Counted from the first letter of the stretch, positions 49,035-61,007 are shown. The stretch: DNA of 64,000 nucleotides from Octopus sinensis (GCF_006345805.1 NC_043005.1:46438001-46502000); one strand, 5' to 3'. Numbers and translations are program-made. The notes: a model not told the origin generated them from the sequence alone.

Positions 49035-49270
49035 ATACATTCGTTGTATACATTCGAAGCTTTCTTCCAGGGGATCTAATGCGCTTGGCTTAGATTTCCC
49101 TTGGCGGGGCTGGCCATATCGGAGCAATCTCAAGATTAATCAGCCGAAATTGCTAAGATGATGTGGTTCTTGACTGATGACTGAGGCTTCGAATGTCCCG
49201 TCTGTGGTTCTTGTGTCGTCTCTGTGGTGTTTTCATGTTCTTGTCCATGTCTGTATTTAATTTTACTGTT
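49035..49270 (+). mobile_element. Microsatellite-flanked short element, homologous to 60361-60605
   Basis: Both copies share ggagcaatct.aag..taatcagcc.aaattgc.aagat and ttgactga.ga...cttcgaa.g.c.cgtc. Confidence 0.65.
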
Positions 49271-49326
49271 TACCTATATATATATATATGTGTGTATACA
49301 TACACACACACACACACACACATATA

Positions 49327-49554
49327 TTCCCTTCCGGTCATTTCAAAATGTAACCAAATGTGAATCGTTGGCGATTTTTTCCCCCTCCAACTTCCTTTTC
49401 TATTGGATTTTCCTCTGTCTCCTTTCTCTGAAGAAGAGCTTTGCTCGAAACGTAAAATCCTCTTTCTTTCCTTCCCTGAGCGTCTGCTAATACTTTACAT
49501 GTACCACATCCTTGTGTTGTTGTGTCTTGTTTGTTGTCGTTTTGGGGGATTTAC
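49327..49554 (+). mobile_element. ~230-bp solo pLTR-like element with an HHR motif
   Basis: CTGAAGA-A-GAGC-ttt-GCTC-GAAAC-GTA-aaatcc at 49428-49460; downstream cctgagcg..ctaatac is shared with the Neptune pLTR; TA-flanked. Confidence 0.8.
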
Positions 49555-49584
49555 TATATATATAATATATATATATAATATATA

Positions 49585-49661
<77 letters not shown>

Positions 49662-49665
<4 letters not shown>

Positions 49666-49967
49666 AAAAATTTATAAACAAGGCAAAAGAAAAAGATTTC
49701 TATGCCAATATGTTGAGAATAGACTTTAAATCGTCAATCACACACTTACAATATACAAAAACCATAAATGCACGACGTGCTGAAACCGAGGAAGGCAAGC
49801 TAACAGAATTTAAAAAAATTCTGTTAGCTTGCCTTCCTCGACTTCAGCACGACATGTATTTATGGTGAATGTATATTGTAATGTGGTGTTTGACGATTTA
49901 AATTTTATTTTCATCATATTGGAATAAAAATCCTTTTTCATTTGCCATTGTTTATAAATTGTTTATA
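49662..49967. repeat. ~300-bp imperfect palindrome (fold-back) of the 25131-25356 family
   Basis: aacagaattt-aaaa-aaattctgtt centre at 49802-49825; arms of about 150 bp, noticeably diverged toward the outer ends. Confidence 0.9.
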
Positions 49968-50140
49968 ATTTTCACCTTTAACGGTATTTTAATATACTGC
50001 CACTTTGATGAAATTTTTTAGGAAAAAATTTTACCCTGTATTAGAAGTATATATATATATATATATATGGCAGACGAAATACCGCTAAGCATTTTGCCCG
50101 GCGTGCTAACGTTTCTGCCAGCTCAGACCGATAAATAGAT

Positions 50141-50240
50141 NNNNNNNNNNNNNNNNNNNNNNNNNNNNNNNNNNNNNNNNNNNNNNNNNNNNNNNNNNNN
50201 NNNNNNNNNNNNNNNNNNNNNNNNNNNNNNNNNNNNNNNN
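50141..50240. other. Assembly gap (100 N)
   Basis: Run of N. Confidence 1.
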
Positions 50241-50489
50241 ACCAACATTTGAAACCATTATTTTTAGCTTTATATACTTCGTGTTTCACTGGTCTAAAAA
50301 TAGTTTAAAAGATTTATCTCATAAATGTACAGGCTAGCCCAAAAGTCAGTCGACTATTTCAAAATATAATAACACATTTATCTATTAGATATTCACATTT
50401 ATTCTCTTATAAAAAATAATTCATTTCTTGGAAAATATTTAAAATTTGCTTTGAAAATTATGTCTCTTTAAATGGCAATTAGTGCGTTC

Positions 50490-50760
50490 TTGGTAATGAT
50501 TAGTGCGTTCTTGGTAACTCTTTCTAAAGAGTGTTCCATCATCATTTGCAATGTTTCTTAGCTTATATTTTCAATTTCTTCGCTTTAAATTGCTGGATGG
50601 TCCGGTGTTTGTTATGATATACTTTCAGATATGCCCTCAAAGAAAACGTCTGGAGCAATTTAAGCAGGTGAGCGTGAAGGCCAAATGAATTTAGAGTTTC
50701 TTGATCTGGGCAACATACTAATCTTACCCGGTAATCTACTGATCGTTTTCCCAAAATTTC
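50490..50760 (-). mobile_element. Decayed Tc1/mariner-superfamily transposase, C-terminal fragment
   Basis: Minus-strand frames give FIWPSRSPA*IAPDVF / AYLKVYHNKHRTIQQFKAK, matching WPxRSPDLNPxDFFLWGYLKxxVY. Confidence 0.6.
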
Positions 50761-50870
50761 ATGTCACTAATCTGAAATAAACAAAAATTGAACAAATTAA
50801 TTGTAAATAAGTTATTATAATTTAAATCGTCTAGTGACTTTATATATATATATACATATATATATATACA

Positions 50871-50931
<61 letters not shown>

Positions 50932-51079
50932 GCATGCATACACGATGCGATGGGTAATTGTTGCCATTTTATATTTTCAATTTCGTGCATGCACATTATT
51001 TTTGATTTTGTACTACACAGTATAGTAAGGCCACTTGGACACCATCTGTAAGAAAAATATTACGATGATGCAAACACTC

Positions 51080-51750
51080 TGCCAGAAATTTGTCAGTCTG
51101 AGGACAGAGCAATCTGAGGACATGTGTCAAGAGTGATAAAAATCAAACATTCAGTCAACATCATGGTGTTTGGAGTAATTACTAGTGATGGCGATGTTAT
51201 ACCTCCATTCATATTCCAACATGGCCGCAGACACAACACAGAGACCTATATCAACTGCCTGGAAGAGGTAGTGCTGCCCTGGGTTAAGAGGATGGCTTCT
51301 GGAACACCCTATGTCTGGCAACAGGCCTCTGCACTAAACCACACAAGCAGGTAAACCCAGTCATGGCCGTCAGACAATTTCTGCGACCACATCACCCCTA
51401 ACATCTGGCTATCTAACTCCTCAGACTGCAACCCCCTTGATTACTATGTGTGTGGGTGCAGTTGAGCGAGAGACAAACAAAACTCCTTGTAACACCAAAT
51501 ACGAAATGAAGGCAAGGATTATGGCAGTATTTACCACCTTAAACAAGGAGACCGTCCAGAAGAGTTGCCGGAGACTCCAAAGTCGTCTGGAGGCCGTGGT
51601 TGAAGCCAATGGCGATTTTATTGAATAAATATACTCCTCAGTATTTCAAGATATTTTTATGTAATTTTGGTAAATATGTCTGTTGAAATGAGATGTCAGT
51701 GTTATTTTCATTTTTACATAATTTAGCCGACAGTTTATTCACCGCACCCT
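51080..51750 (+). mobile_element. maT-type (DD37D) Tc1/mariner transposon, 3' part, decayed
   Basis: KHSVNIMVFGVITSDG..YINCLEEVVLPW..YVWQQ(A)SA..37 residues..SDCNPLDYY..AVER..RLEAVVEANGDFIE*. The second catalytic D is mutated, with one stop and one frameshift; TIR-like end ..caccgcaccctg at about 51750. Confidence 0.8.
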
Positions 51751-51753
51751 GTG

Positions 51754-51793
<40 letters not shown>

Positions 51794-51797
51794 TATA

Positions 51798-52104
51798 ACG
51801 TCACGTGGTCACGTGACCGACCAGGCTATCAGATGTTGCTACACATCGCTGGTCACAATGCGCTTCGCATTGTTTTAGCCTTCAAATGACGCCACCCCGC
51901 TGGCTAAGCGAGCAGGCCAACTGAAGAAAGAGTAAGAGAAATTTGTGGCGAAAGAGTACAGCAGGGATTGCCACTACCCTCTGCCGGAGCCTCGTGTAGT
52001 TTTAGGTGTTTTCGCTCAATAAACCAATAAACACTCTGGGAATCGAAACCGCGATCCTGCGACCGTGAGTCCGCTGCCCTAACCACTGAGACATTGCGCC
52101 TCCA
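51798..52104 (-). mobile_element. SINE type C head and body with an RTE-like tail (second copy)
   Basis: Same composite structure as 10452-10752, ending in (cacgtgac)-like short repeats. Confidence 0.88.
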
Positions 52105-52140
52105 TATATATATATATATATATATATACATGCGAACTTT

Positions 52141-52710
52141 AGGTTAGTTAAAATATATTGGCGTCATATTTCAACTTCTAATGGCAAATTCACTGCATTT
52201 ATCGCCGAGAAAAAATTCTGCCTTCTGGTAAAAATGTATAAAAGCAGCATCTTTACCCAGTGCTGCCTCATATCGGATTTCCAGACGCAACATTTCTGGC
52301 TCTTTAGCCTTTATTAATGGGAAATGCTGAGGCGAGGTTACTCTGATCAGATTTAAAGCCATACATTTAACTAAAAAATCAGTCATTAAGATTGACTGAG
52401 CTGCGCTATTGGGCCGCCTGCTCGGGATGAAACCAGCGGTAAGCGCGCCAGGCAAGGATTTGGCATAAACAAAATTTAGGTTAGTTAAAATATGTTTGTG
52501 ATGTATTTTAACTTCGAAAGTCAAGTTCACTGCAGTTATTGTTCAGAAAAAAACTTATTCTTATGGTAAAAAGGTGTAAAAAACACCATATCCGCCCAGT
52601 GTTTCTCCCTATCCCCCAATGTTTCTTGCTCTTTAGTCGCTATCAGTGGGAAATATCAAAGCGTGGTCACTCTGATTAGACATAAAGCCATAGCTTTAAC
52701 TAAAATCATT
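52141..52710. repeat. Diverged ~240-bp direct duplication
   Basis: aggttagttaaaata... starts at 52141 and 52478 and stays collinear to ...taactaaaa..tca. Confidence 0.75.
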
Positions 52711-53043
52711 CTACAAGAAACACACGCACGCACACACCACACACACACACACACGCACACACACACACCACACACACACACACAACTGCTATTTTCATGA
52801 GAATGTGTAACCGTGCGTTGTCCTGCTTAATTACCTTACGCAGAAGTACCCTCAGTCGCTCAGCAGTTCTACGGTAACGTAGGTGTCTTCTTTGTCAAGG
52901 TTTACACAAGGGTTACACATTTGTTGCTATACATTGTCATTCATGTTATGAGAAAATCATATTCTTTTAAATCACAGGAAACAAACACACACACATACAT
53001 CACATATATATATATAAGCATGTGTACATATACATATACATAC

Positions 53044-53076
<33 letters not shown>

Positions 53077-53081
53077 ATATA

Positions 53082-53115
<34 letters not shown>

Positions 53116-53169
53116 CTGTGTGTGTCTGTGTGTATGTGTTTCAGACCTAAGTGAAAAGAAAGTTCGCAT

Positions 53170-53510
53170 GTAGATTCCAGTGAAAGAACAAAATTATATT
53201 GATGGGACAAAAATGGATCTGACAGTTAACTCATTCCACAACTGGCAATATACCAAACATAATGTTTCTACTCATTCTGCTAAATTAGCCAAAAGGTTTC
53301 TCGCTGATAATGAAACAGTGATTTCATTTTGCCTTTGACAAATAACGATTCGAAATCTGAACCCTATAGAAAAGTTGTGTCAGATTATAGAGTCAAAGCT
53401 GAATTCAAGACATTTTAAATGCAAGAAATCTTTACTTGCAACAGTTCCAAAAGATTGATACAAATTAGAGCCCAGCTTATTGGAAAAACCGTTCTGGAGT
53501 GGCAATGATT
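53170..53510 (+). mobile_element. Decayed Tc1-like transposase, C-terminal fragment
   Basis: EQNYID..HNVSTHSAKLAKRFLADN..NLNPIEKLCQIIESKLNSRHFK..W(*)YKLEPSLLEK matches the Tc1 pattern DNAPxH..SPDLNPIENLW; two stops. Confidence 0.7.
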
Positions 53511-53684
53511 AAAAAAATCGATAAAGTACATTAAGAAAAGCCATGTCTTCAAGTGAAGCATGTTACTGTGTCTGGATGACCCCGAATAGAATTTATGCTT
53601 AGGAAAAACAACATAGAGAAAAACACACATTCAGATAATTATAGTAAAAATCATTAAATAATTTCAAACACATTCACGCATATA

Positions 53685-53720
<36 letters not shown>

Positions 53721-53756
53721 TGTATGTATGTATGTACATAGATACATACATACATA

Positions 53757-53787
<31 letters not shown>

Positions 53788-54067
53788 GTATTTATGTATG
53801 TATGTATGTATATATGTATGTACATAGATACATACATACAACCATATACATACATACATGAATACACACACATATACATACATACATACATACATACATA
53901 CATACATACATAATACATACATACATACATACATACATACATACGTAAATACATACATACATCGAATAGTCCTAGGTTATTCATTACCATTCTCTGCGGT
54001 CAGCCATAATTTGGATTATACTAAAGTACTTGAACAATATCTACCTGGATCTATTATCCCTTTCTGT

Positions 54068-54109
<42 letters not shown>

Positions 54110-54294
54110 ATATATAAATAAATATTAGGGAATAAATCCAAATTTACAGGGAAAAAATCAGATTTAGGATTAAATCCAATTTTATAGTAAAATATTATAT
54201 AATATTATTATTAGAGACAAAACCACTATTTTGCAAAACAAACAAGGAAAGACTTAATCAATACATAAATTTTAATAAAAAGTCAAAAAAACCG

Positions 54295-54337
54295 CCACTA
54301 CAATTGTTTCTTGTCCCGATCGACAATCTTCAGGTGG
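54295..54337 (-). ncRNA. Type I hammerhead ribozyme, canonical core
   Basis: Minus strand CCAC-CTGAAGA-TTGTC-gatcgg-GACAA-GAAA-CAATT-GTA-GTGG; palindromic ACAATTGT stem III, GUA triplet. Confidence 0.88.
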
Positions 54338-54833
54338 ACTTCCAATCTTTCCATTTCAAATGTCAACTATATGTGTTGACTTAAAATCAAACAACAGTGT
54401 CACTAACTAGCTAGCAATTCAGTAATCAAATTTCTGCAGTTTAATTTTTTTTTTCTCCAGAGTCTTATTATTTGTCACAGTTCTAAAGCAAGCTTTTTGT
54501 ATACAATCTTTCCAATCTTTCCATTTCAAATGTCAACTATATGTGTTGACTTAAAATCAAACAACAGTGTCACTAACTAGCTAGCAATTCAGTAATCAAA
54601 TTTCTGCAGTTTAATTTTTTTTTACTCCAGAGTCTTATTATTTGTCACAGTTCTAAAGCAAGGCTTTTGTATACAAAAAGCCTTGCTTTAGAACTGTGAC
54701 AAATAATAAGACTCTGGAGTAAAAAAAAATTAAACTGCAGAAATTTGATTACTGAATTGCTAGCTAGTTAGTGACATGTGTTTGATTTTAAGTCAACACA
54801 TATAGTGACATTTGAAATGGAAAGATTGGAAGT

Positions 54834-54876
54834 CCACCTGAAGATTGTCGATCAGGACAAGAAACAATTGTAGTGG
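54834..54876 (+). ncRNA. Type I hammerhead ribozyme, canonical core
   Basis: CCAC-CTGAAGA-TTGTC-gatcag-GACAA-GAAA-CAATT-GTA-GTGG. Confidence 0.88.
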
Positions 54877-54981
54877 CGGGTTTTTTTTTGACTTTTTATT
54901 AAAATTTTATGTATTGATTAAGTCTTTCCTTGTTTGTTTGCAAAATAGTGGTTTTGTCTCTAATAAATTATATAATATATT

Positions 54982-55012
<31 letters not shown>

Positions 55013-55413
55013 ACATCTTTTATATTTTATCCTTTAATTTTTATTTGTTTAATTTTATGTTTTACTTGACTGAGGCCATGCTGGGGCACCGCCTTGACGG
55101 TTTCTTAATCGAACAAATCGAACCCAGGACATTTTTAAAGCCTGGTAGCTATCTAATCCTATATTTTTACTGAACCGCTAAGTTACGGAGACATAAACAC
55201 ACCAACACCGCCGGTTGTCGAGCAGTGGTGGTGAAGACAAACAGACACAAATGCGGACACATAGGTATATACATATACATATATACACCAAATACACTCA
55301 CGAAGATCTGGTCGGTCCGAGGCTATAGTAGGAGACACATTGTGTTTATTAGATAATATATATTTCCCACCAGATGGAGTACTTTTTTGTTGAGCTTACC
55401 ATCACGGAACATT

Positions 55414-55507
<94 letters not shown>

Positions 55508-55770
55508 CTTTATGGGCCGGTTTCCCGGTTTCCTTGGCGTATAGGTTCCCCACCTGGACGGGACGCCGGTCCATCGCAGGTGAGTTGCATGATGCAGGAC
55601 GAAATAGTGAGAGAAAGTTGTGCCGAAAGAGTCAGCAGAAGTTCGCCACTACCTTCTGCCGGAGCCGCATGGAGCTTAGGGGTTTCGCTTATAAACACAT
55701 GCATCGCCCGGTATGAGATTCGAACCCGCAATCACTCGTACGCGAGTCCGCTGCTCTAACCATTCAGCTT
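55508..55770 (-). mobile_element. Chimeric SINE: type C-like body with a type D tail
   Basis: Minus strand ..gctccatgcggctccggcagaaggtagtggcgaacttctgctgactctttc.. (C body), then cctgcgatggaccggcgtcccgtccaggtgggg..aaaccgggaaaccggccc (D tail). Confidence 0.8.
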
Positions 55771-56240
55771 GGCATTATATTTATTGCCGACTGTAAATAC
55801 GCCTGCGCGCGGAATTTTGAAAAATTATAACATATAATGACGGGACACGTGTTATCTAGTCTCTGAATTATAAGTTAGTTATTGAGGCAGATTATTGACG
55901 AGAATTGCTAAATTACCTATTAAAGGATGGTAAATAATCTTATTTGCTAAAGAAATTCGAAACCATGGTATAACCGCTAATAAAAATAACAAGGTAAAAG
56001 TTTTTATTTTTCATTTACTTTGAAAATTGCTATCAAATAGTGGTCTTGTCCGTGTTGGCTGGTATTTCTAGCATGTAAAAATTACCTGTTAAAGGGTAGT
56101 TTTCTTTTGTGTTTAAATGTACACTATTTTAAAATATGAATATGTTGTCTATTGACTATTTATACATGCTAGGCCACTGGTGGTGATGTTTAAAAACGAA
56201 TATTTGCTATCCTATATATATGTATCTTATGTATATTATA

Positions 56241-56291
<51 letters not shown>

Positions 56292-57418
56292 GTACTGGGA
56301 GAAGAATAAGAAACGAAACGAACACCGGAACGAATCGATCGAATGGACGCGGAGGCGCTCAGTCATACAATAGTGTAATAAATAAAATATATGCATACAT
56401 ACATACCTATATGTACGTACCTACATCTACATGTATATATACATGCATATATAAATATATATACGTGAGTACAAAAGTGACATAAAGGCTCTGAAGAGAT
56501 AAAAATGATATGCAGTTTATTTGAATCACAAGTAGAATAAATCAACAGTAGATGCATTAGACTTACATATATAAAACCTATAATACTTATAGTACAGCTG
56601 CAAGAAATTTGGATGATTAGTTGGGTCGAGATGTTCCTGACATCAGAGTCGTACGTAAATAAGAAACTGTTTTGTTTCTCTGTAAAGCACCGACGTTAAA
56701 ATCTGATTAAAGTTGTAATTATGTGGACGATAAAAGAAGACCGTCTTCTACTAACAAATACATTGATATTGAAGCACTTGTTTATATTTGACACTTTCAC
56801 CTTGTTGTCCTTAAATGCGTCACAGCCGCATACTTTTATGGCTCGCACTTCTTTTTATTTTTCTGATTTTGGTAATTTCTAATTTCCTCCTCGTGATATG
56901 ACGTCTTAAAATGTGTGTAGATGTCTATCGATCCATGTGGTTGCATCAATGTGAGTGAATCGGTAAAGTGTTAGTGTTCGTGTGGAAGAAGGCTCGCGTT
57001 CGTGTACGAGTGTGTGTTCGTTTATGCGAATATGTTTTCGTGTGTAAGTGTATGTGCTGTTTGTGTGTATCTCTGTCTGTCTGTCTGTTTGTCTGTTACT
57101 CTCTTTCTCTTAAAACGATGTATTCTCAACACTGTGTGCATATGTGATTAGGCGTCCTGTGTATGAAGAGAGATTCCAGTGTAAACAACCATGCAAGTTC
57201 AGAAAGAGTGCGCTATTCGAATGCAGCCATGCAGTTAATTGTAAGCCTGTACACGTTGCATACATACATATGTTACATACACACATACATACATACAGGC
57301 ATACATACATGCATACATACATACATATATTACATACATATATACATATATAGGGACATACATACTCACACACTCATATATATACATATATATACATATA
57401 CGCATAAATATATGTATG

Positions 57419-57467
<49 letters not shown>

Positions 57468-58566
57468 GTATATTTATGCGTATATGTATATATATGAATA
57501 CACACACACACACACACAAATATATGCATATGCACGTACTTATCTATATGCATAATATATTACATTATCTATCTATCTATCTATATCTATCTATCTATCT
57601 ATCTATCTATCTGTTTAATCTGTTTATATACGCATGCATCTGTATCTGTATGCGTTTTTATATATACACACATATACGTATATGTATGTGTCTGCGTGTG
57701 TGTTGCGTGTGTATGCGCGTGCAGTTGCATTCATATTTACTGACACACTTCATCTCTCTTTCTCTCTTGCACTACACACACACACACACACACACTCGCG
57801 TGTACACGCGCACACACACACACACACAAGCACAAACATATACACCATAGAATATGTTCATTAACGAACTAAGTCATTGTCTATACGTCTATGCCTTTAC
57901 GCATAAAATGGTGTATGTTTATTCATAGGTATATAAGCATATGCGTGTATGTGTACGCAATGTATATCCGTAATGCATGTACATATATCAATGAACATGC
58001 GCTGTGGATACAGTGTATAAGTTATTAGACTTACACACCGGAAGCCATGTAGGAATAGCTTTAACGCAGTGATTGCATCACAAGCCTGTCAGTTTCCGTC
58101 AGTTTCCGCCAATTTCCGCCATATTCTTTCAGTGGCATGACACCGGTGATCGGTAGACGTTGTATTAGATTTTAGAATCCAATCAATGACAAAAAAATAC
58201 AAAGTTCTCCTTAATTTTTGCAGATACTACTAATTCCACTTTTCATAATATAAGAACTTATAAGTGGTCGCTCGGGATGCATGAAATAGCTGCAATATCC
58301 ACCGTAAATCACAATCAGAACGCAAGAGTACATTAAAAATAATTGCCCCAAATATACCATACTTGAAAAGAGACAAAATGGACTGTTTCGTTTGTGAAAT
58401 GCCGAAGTGAGACAATCAGTAAGCAACATTTTTTCCCTCTTGCTTTCCAACCCAAATTCGTTTAATAGTTCAGATTTTGAATATATATATTTACGGGGAC
58501 GTAAACACATCACCATCAGTTGTCAAGTGATGGTGGGTGACAAACACAGACAAAAACACACAAATA

Positions 58567-58953
58567 GTGGCTGTGTAGTAAGTAGCTTTCATACCAACCG
58601 CATTGTTCCGGGTTCAGTCCCACTGTGTGGCACCTTGGGCAAGTGTCTTTTACTATAGCCGCGGGCCAACCAAAGCCTTGTGAGTGGATTTGGTAGACGG
58701 AAACTCAAAGAAGCCCGTCGTATACATATGTATGTGTGTGTGTATGTTTGTGTGTCTGTGTTTGTCACCCCAACATCGCTTGACAACCGATGCTGGTGTG
58801 TTTACGTCCCTGTAACTTAGCGGTTCGGCAAAAGAGACGAATGGAATAAGTACTAGGCTTACAAAGAATAAATCCTTCGGTGGATGTGCTCGACTAAAGG
58901 CGATGTTCCAGCATGGTCGCAGTCAAATGACTGAAACAAGTAAAAGAATAAAA
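58567..58953 (+). mobile_element. SINE type A, full length
   Basis: gtggctgtgtagtaagtagc...gcagtcaaatgactgaaacaagtaaaagaataaaa. Confidence 0.9.
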
Positions 58954-59168
58954 AATGATAGAATTATATATATATATATATATATATAACGACGGGTTTC
59001 TTTCAGTTTCCGTCTACCAAACCCACTCACAGGGCTTTGGTAAGCCCGTAGCAATAGTATAAGACACTTTACCCAAGGTGCCACGTTATGGCACCGAACC
59101 CGGAACCATGTGGTTGGGAAGCAAGCTTCTTACCACGCAGCCACATCTGTGCCTATAAAAATGAACCA

Positions 59169-59204
59169 TCCTGGCAGGGAATCGAACCCCGGTCTCCCGC
59201 GTGA
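59169..59204 (-). pseudogene. Isolated 3' half of a tRNA-Asp-like sequence
   Basis: Minus strand tCACGCGGGAGACCGGGGTTCGATTCCCtgccagga matches the 3' anticodon arm, variable loop and T-arm of eukaryotic tRNA-Asp(GTC); no 5' half or D-arm is present. Confidence 0.65.
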
Positions 59205-60329
59205 TAAATTAAAAACATATAATAAATGTACAAGCAAACGGAAAACTGACACATAAGTTTACCAGCTCCTCATCAGTTATCGGCCTGATGGTGAAACTCA
59301 ATTTCGCGCCTTACGATAATATTGATTCCCTTCTGGTGGCGGCAGCAACATGAAGTAGCTGCCGGGAAACGGGACCAAAGCATAAGAAATGGATAAACAT
59401 GCAATAAAGAAGTGGGCATACGAACATGAATAAATATGATTCAAGACGAAACCATTAGCGGATGGACGAGTGACAAAGACGAAATAAATAAACAGAATAC
59501 AGCTTTAGGGCCCGATGAAGACAAAAGTATGGATAATACTGAGAGGAAAATCCTAAAGGATTAGAAATACACACACACACACCGCACACACATATACGTA
59601 TATGTGTGTGTATGTATGTGTGTGAGTGTGTGTATGTGCGTGTGTGTGTCTGTGTTTGTTACAACAACCACTTGACAACTAGTGTTGGTGTGTTTTACGT
59701 CCCAGTAACTTAGCGGTTCGGCAAAAAAGAGACCGATAGAATAAGTATCAAATCTAAAAAAAAATAAGTACTTGGGCGATGCATTCGACTAAAAATTTTC
59801 CAATGCGATGCTACAGCATGGCCGCAGTAAAAGGTAAATGACAGAACAAGTAAAAGGTGAAAGATAAAAAACATATTGCATGTGAATTTCATTACAGCTT
59901 TTTAACGCAAAAGACCCCCCTGGAATATGGTTTTCATACTCAAACATATATAATTGGCACTCCCTTGATTATGACGATGAATGCTCCAAACATGCAAGTG
60001 GTTGAGCACTCTCCGACACTCATTCTCATAAAGTAGTCCTCAAGTTTTCAAGGAGTTTCACCGTGACGCAGAATGTGACAAAACCGGACCCTTGGGATAC
60101 AGATACTACTAATTTTGTTTTCCAACTGAACGGACTTGAGCAACGTGAAATAAAGTGTCTTGCTCATGGACACAACGCACTCCTGAGTATCGGAATCACG
60201 ACTTTACAATCGGTGAGCCGAATACTCGAATCACTAAGTAACGCACCTCAACACACATACATTTATGCTTAGATACATACATACATGCATACATACATAC
60301 ATACATACATACATACATACATACATACA

Positions 60330-60360
<31 letters not shown>

Positions 60361-60602
60361 CTTGGGGTTGGCTAGATTGGAGCAATCTGAAGTATAATCA
60401 GCCAAAATTGCGAAGATAACTGGTACTTGACTGAGGAAAGAAAACTTCGAAAGACTCGTCCTTGTTTTCTTTGTATAGTCTATCTGGATGTTTTGTTGTC
60501 CCATTTTTATATCACCTACCTGTCCGGATGTTTTGTGTTCTTGTCCCATTTTGTATTATAATTGTTCCTGTTGTTGTTGTTTTTTTGTTTCCCTTTTGGA
60601 TT

Positions 60603-60605
<3 letters not shown>
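60361..60605 (+). mobile_element. Microsatellite-flanked short element, homologous to 49035-49270
   Basis: Contains CTGAGGA-aagaaaacttc-GAAA-gactc-GTC at 60431-60460. Confidence 0.65.
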
Positions 60606-60679
<74 letters not shown>

Positions 60680-60681
<2 letters not shown>

Positions 60682-60973
60682 GAGGCGCATTGGCCTGGTG
60701 GTTAGGGCAGCGGACTCGCGGTTTCGATTCCCAGACCGGGCATTGTGAGTGTTTATTGAGCGAAAACACCTTAAACCTCCACGAGGCTCCGGCAGGGGGT
60801 GGTGGTGAACTATGCTGTACTCTTTCACCAAAACTTACCCTCACACTTTCTTCTTGTTTCTGTTGTACCTGTATTTCAAAGGGCCAGCCTTGTCACACTC
60901 TGTGTTAGTCTGAATCTCCCCGAGAACTATGTTAAGGGTACACGGGTCTGTGGAGTGCTCAGCCACTTGCACG

Positions 60974-60975
<2 letters not shown>
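60680..60975 (+). mobile_element. SINE type C, 3'-truncated
   Basis: tggaggcgcattggcctggtggttagggcagcggactcgcggtttcgattcccagacc...gtggagtgctcagccacttgcacgtt. Confidence 0.88.

Positions 60976-61007
<32 letters not shown>

Larger units (their letters stand above)
54116..54985. mobile_element. Spacerless ~800-bp palindromic element with two outward-facing HHRs and an internal 170-bp tandem duplication
   Basis: Centre gtatac at 54669-54674; the right arm 54672-54980 is the reverse complement of the left arm; 54341-54506 is duplicated at 54511-54676; (TA)n on both sides. Confidence 0.92.

Noticed and set aside
58211-58516. 101-aa minus-strand ORF and a plus-strand acceptor/donor pair (58233-58418)
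   Set aside because: The plus-strand candidate exon has stops in all three frames; the minus ORF partly overlaps SINE sequence and has no recognisable domain.
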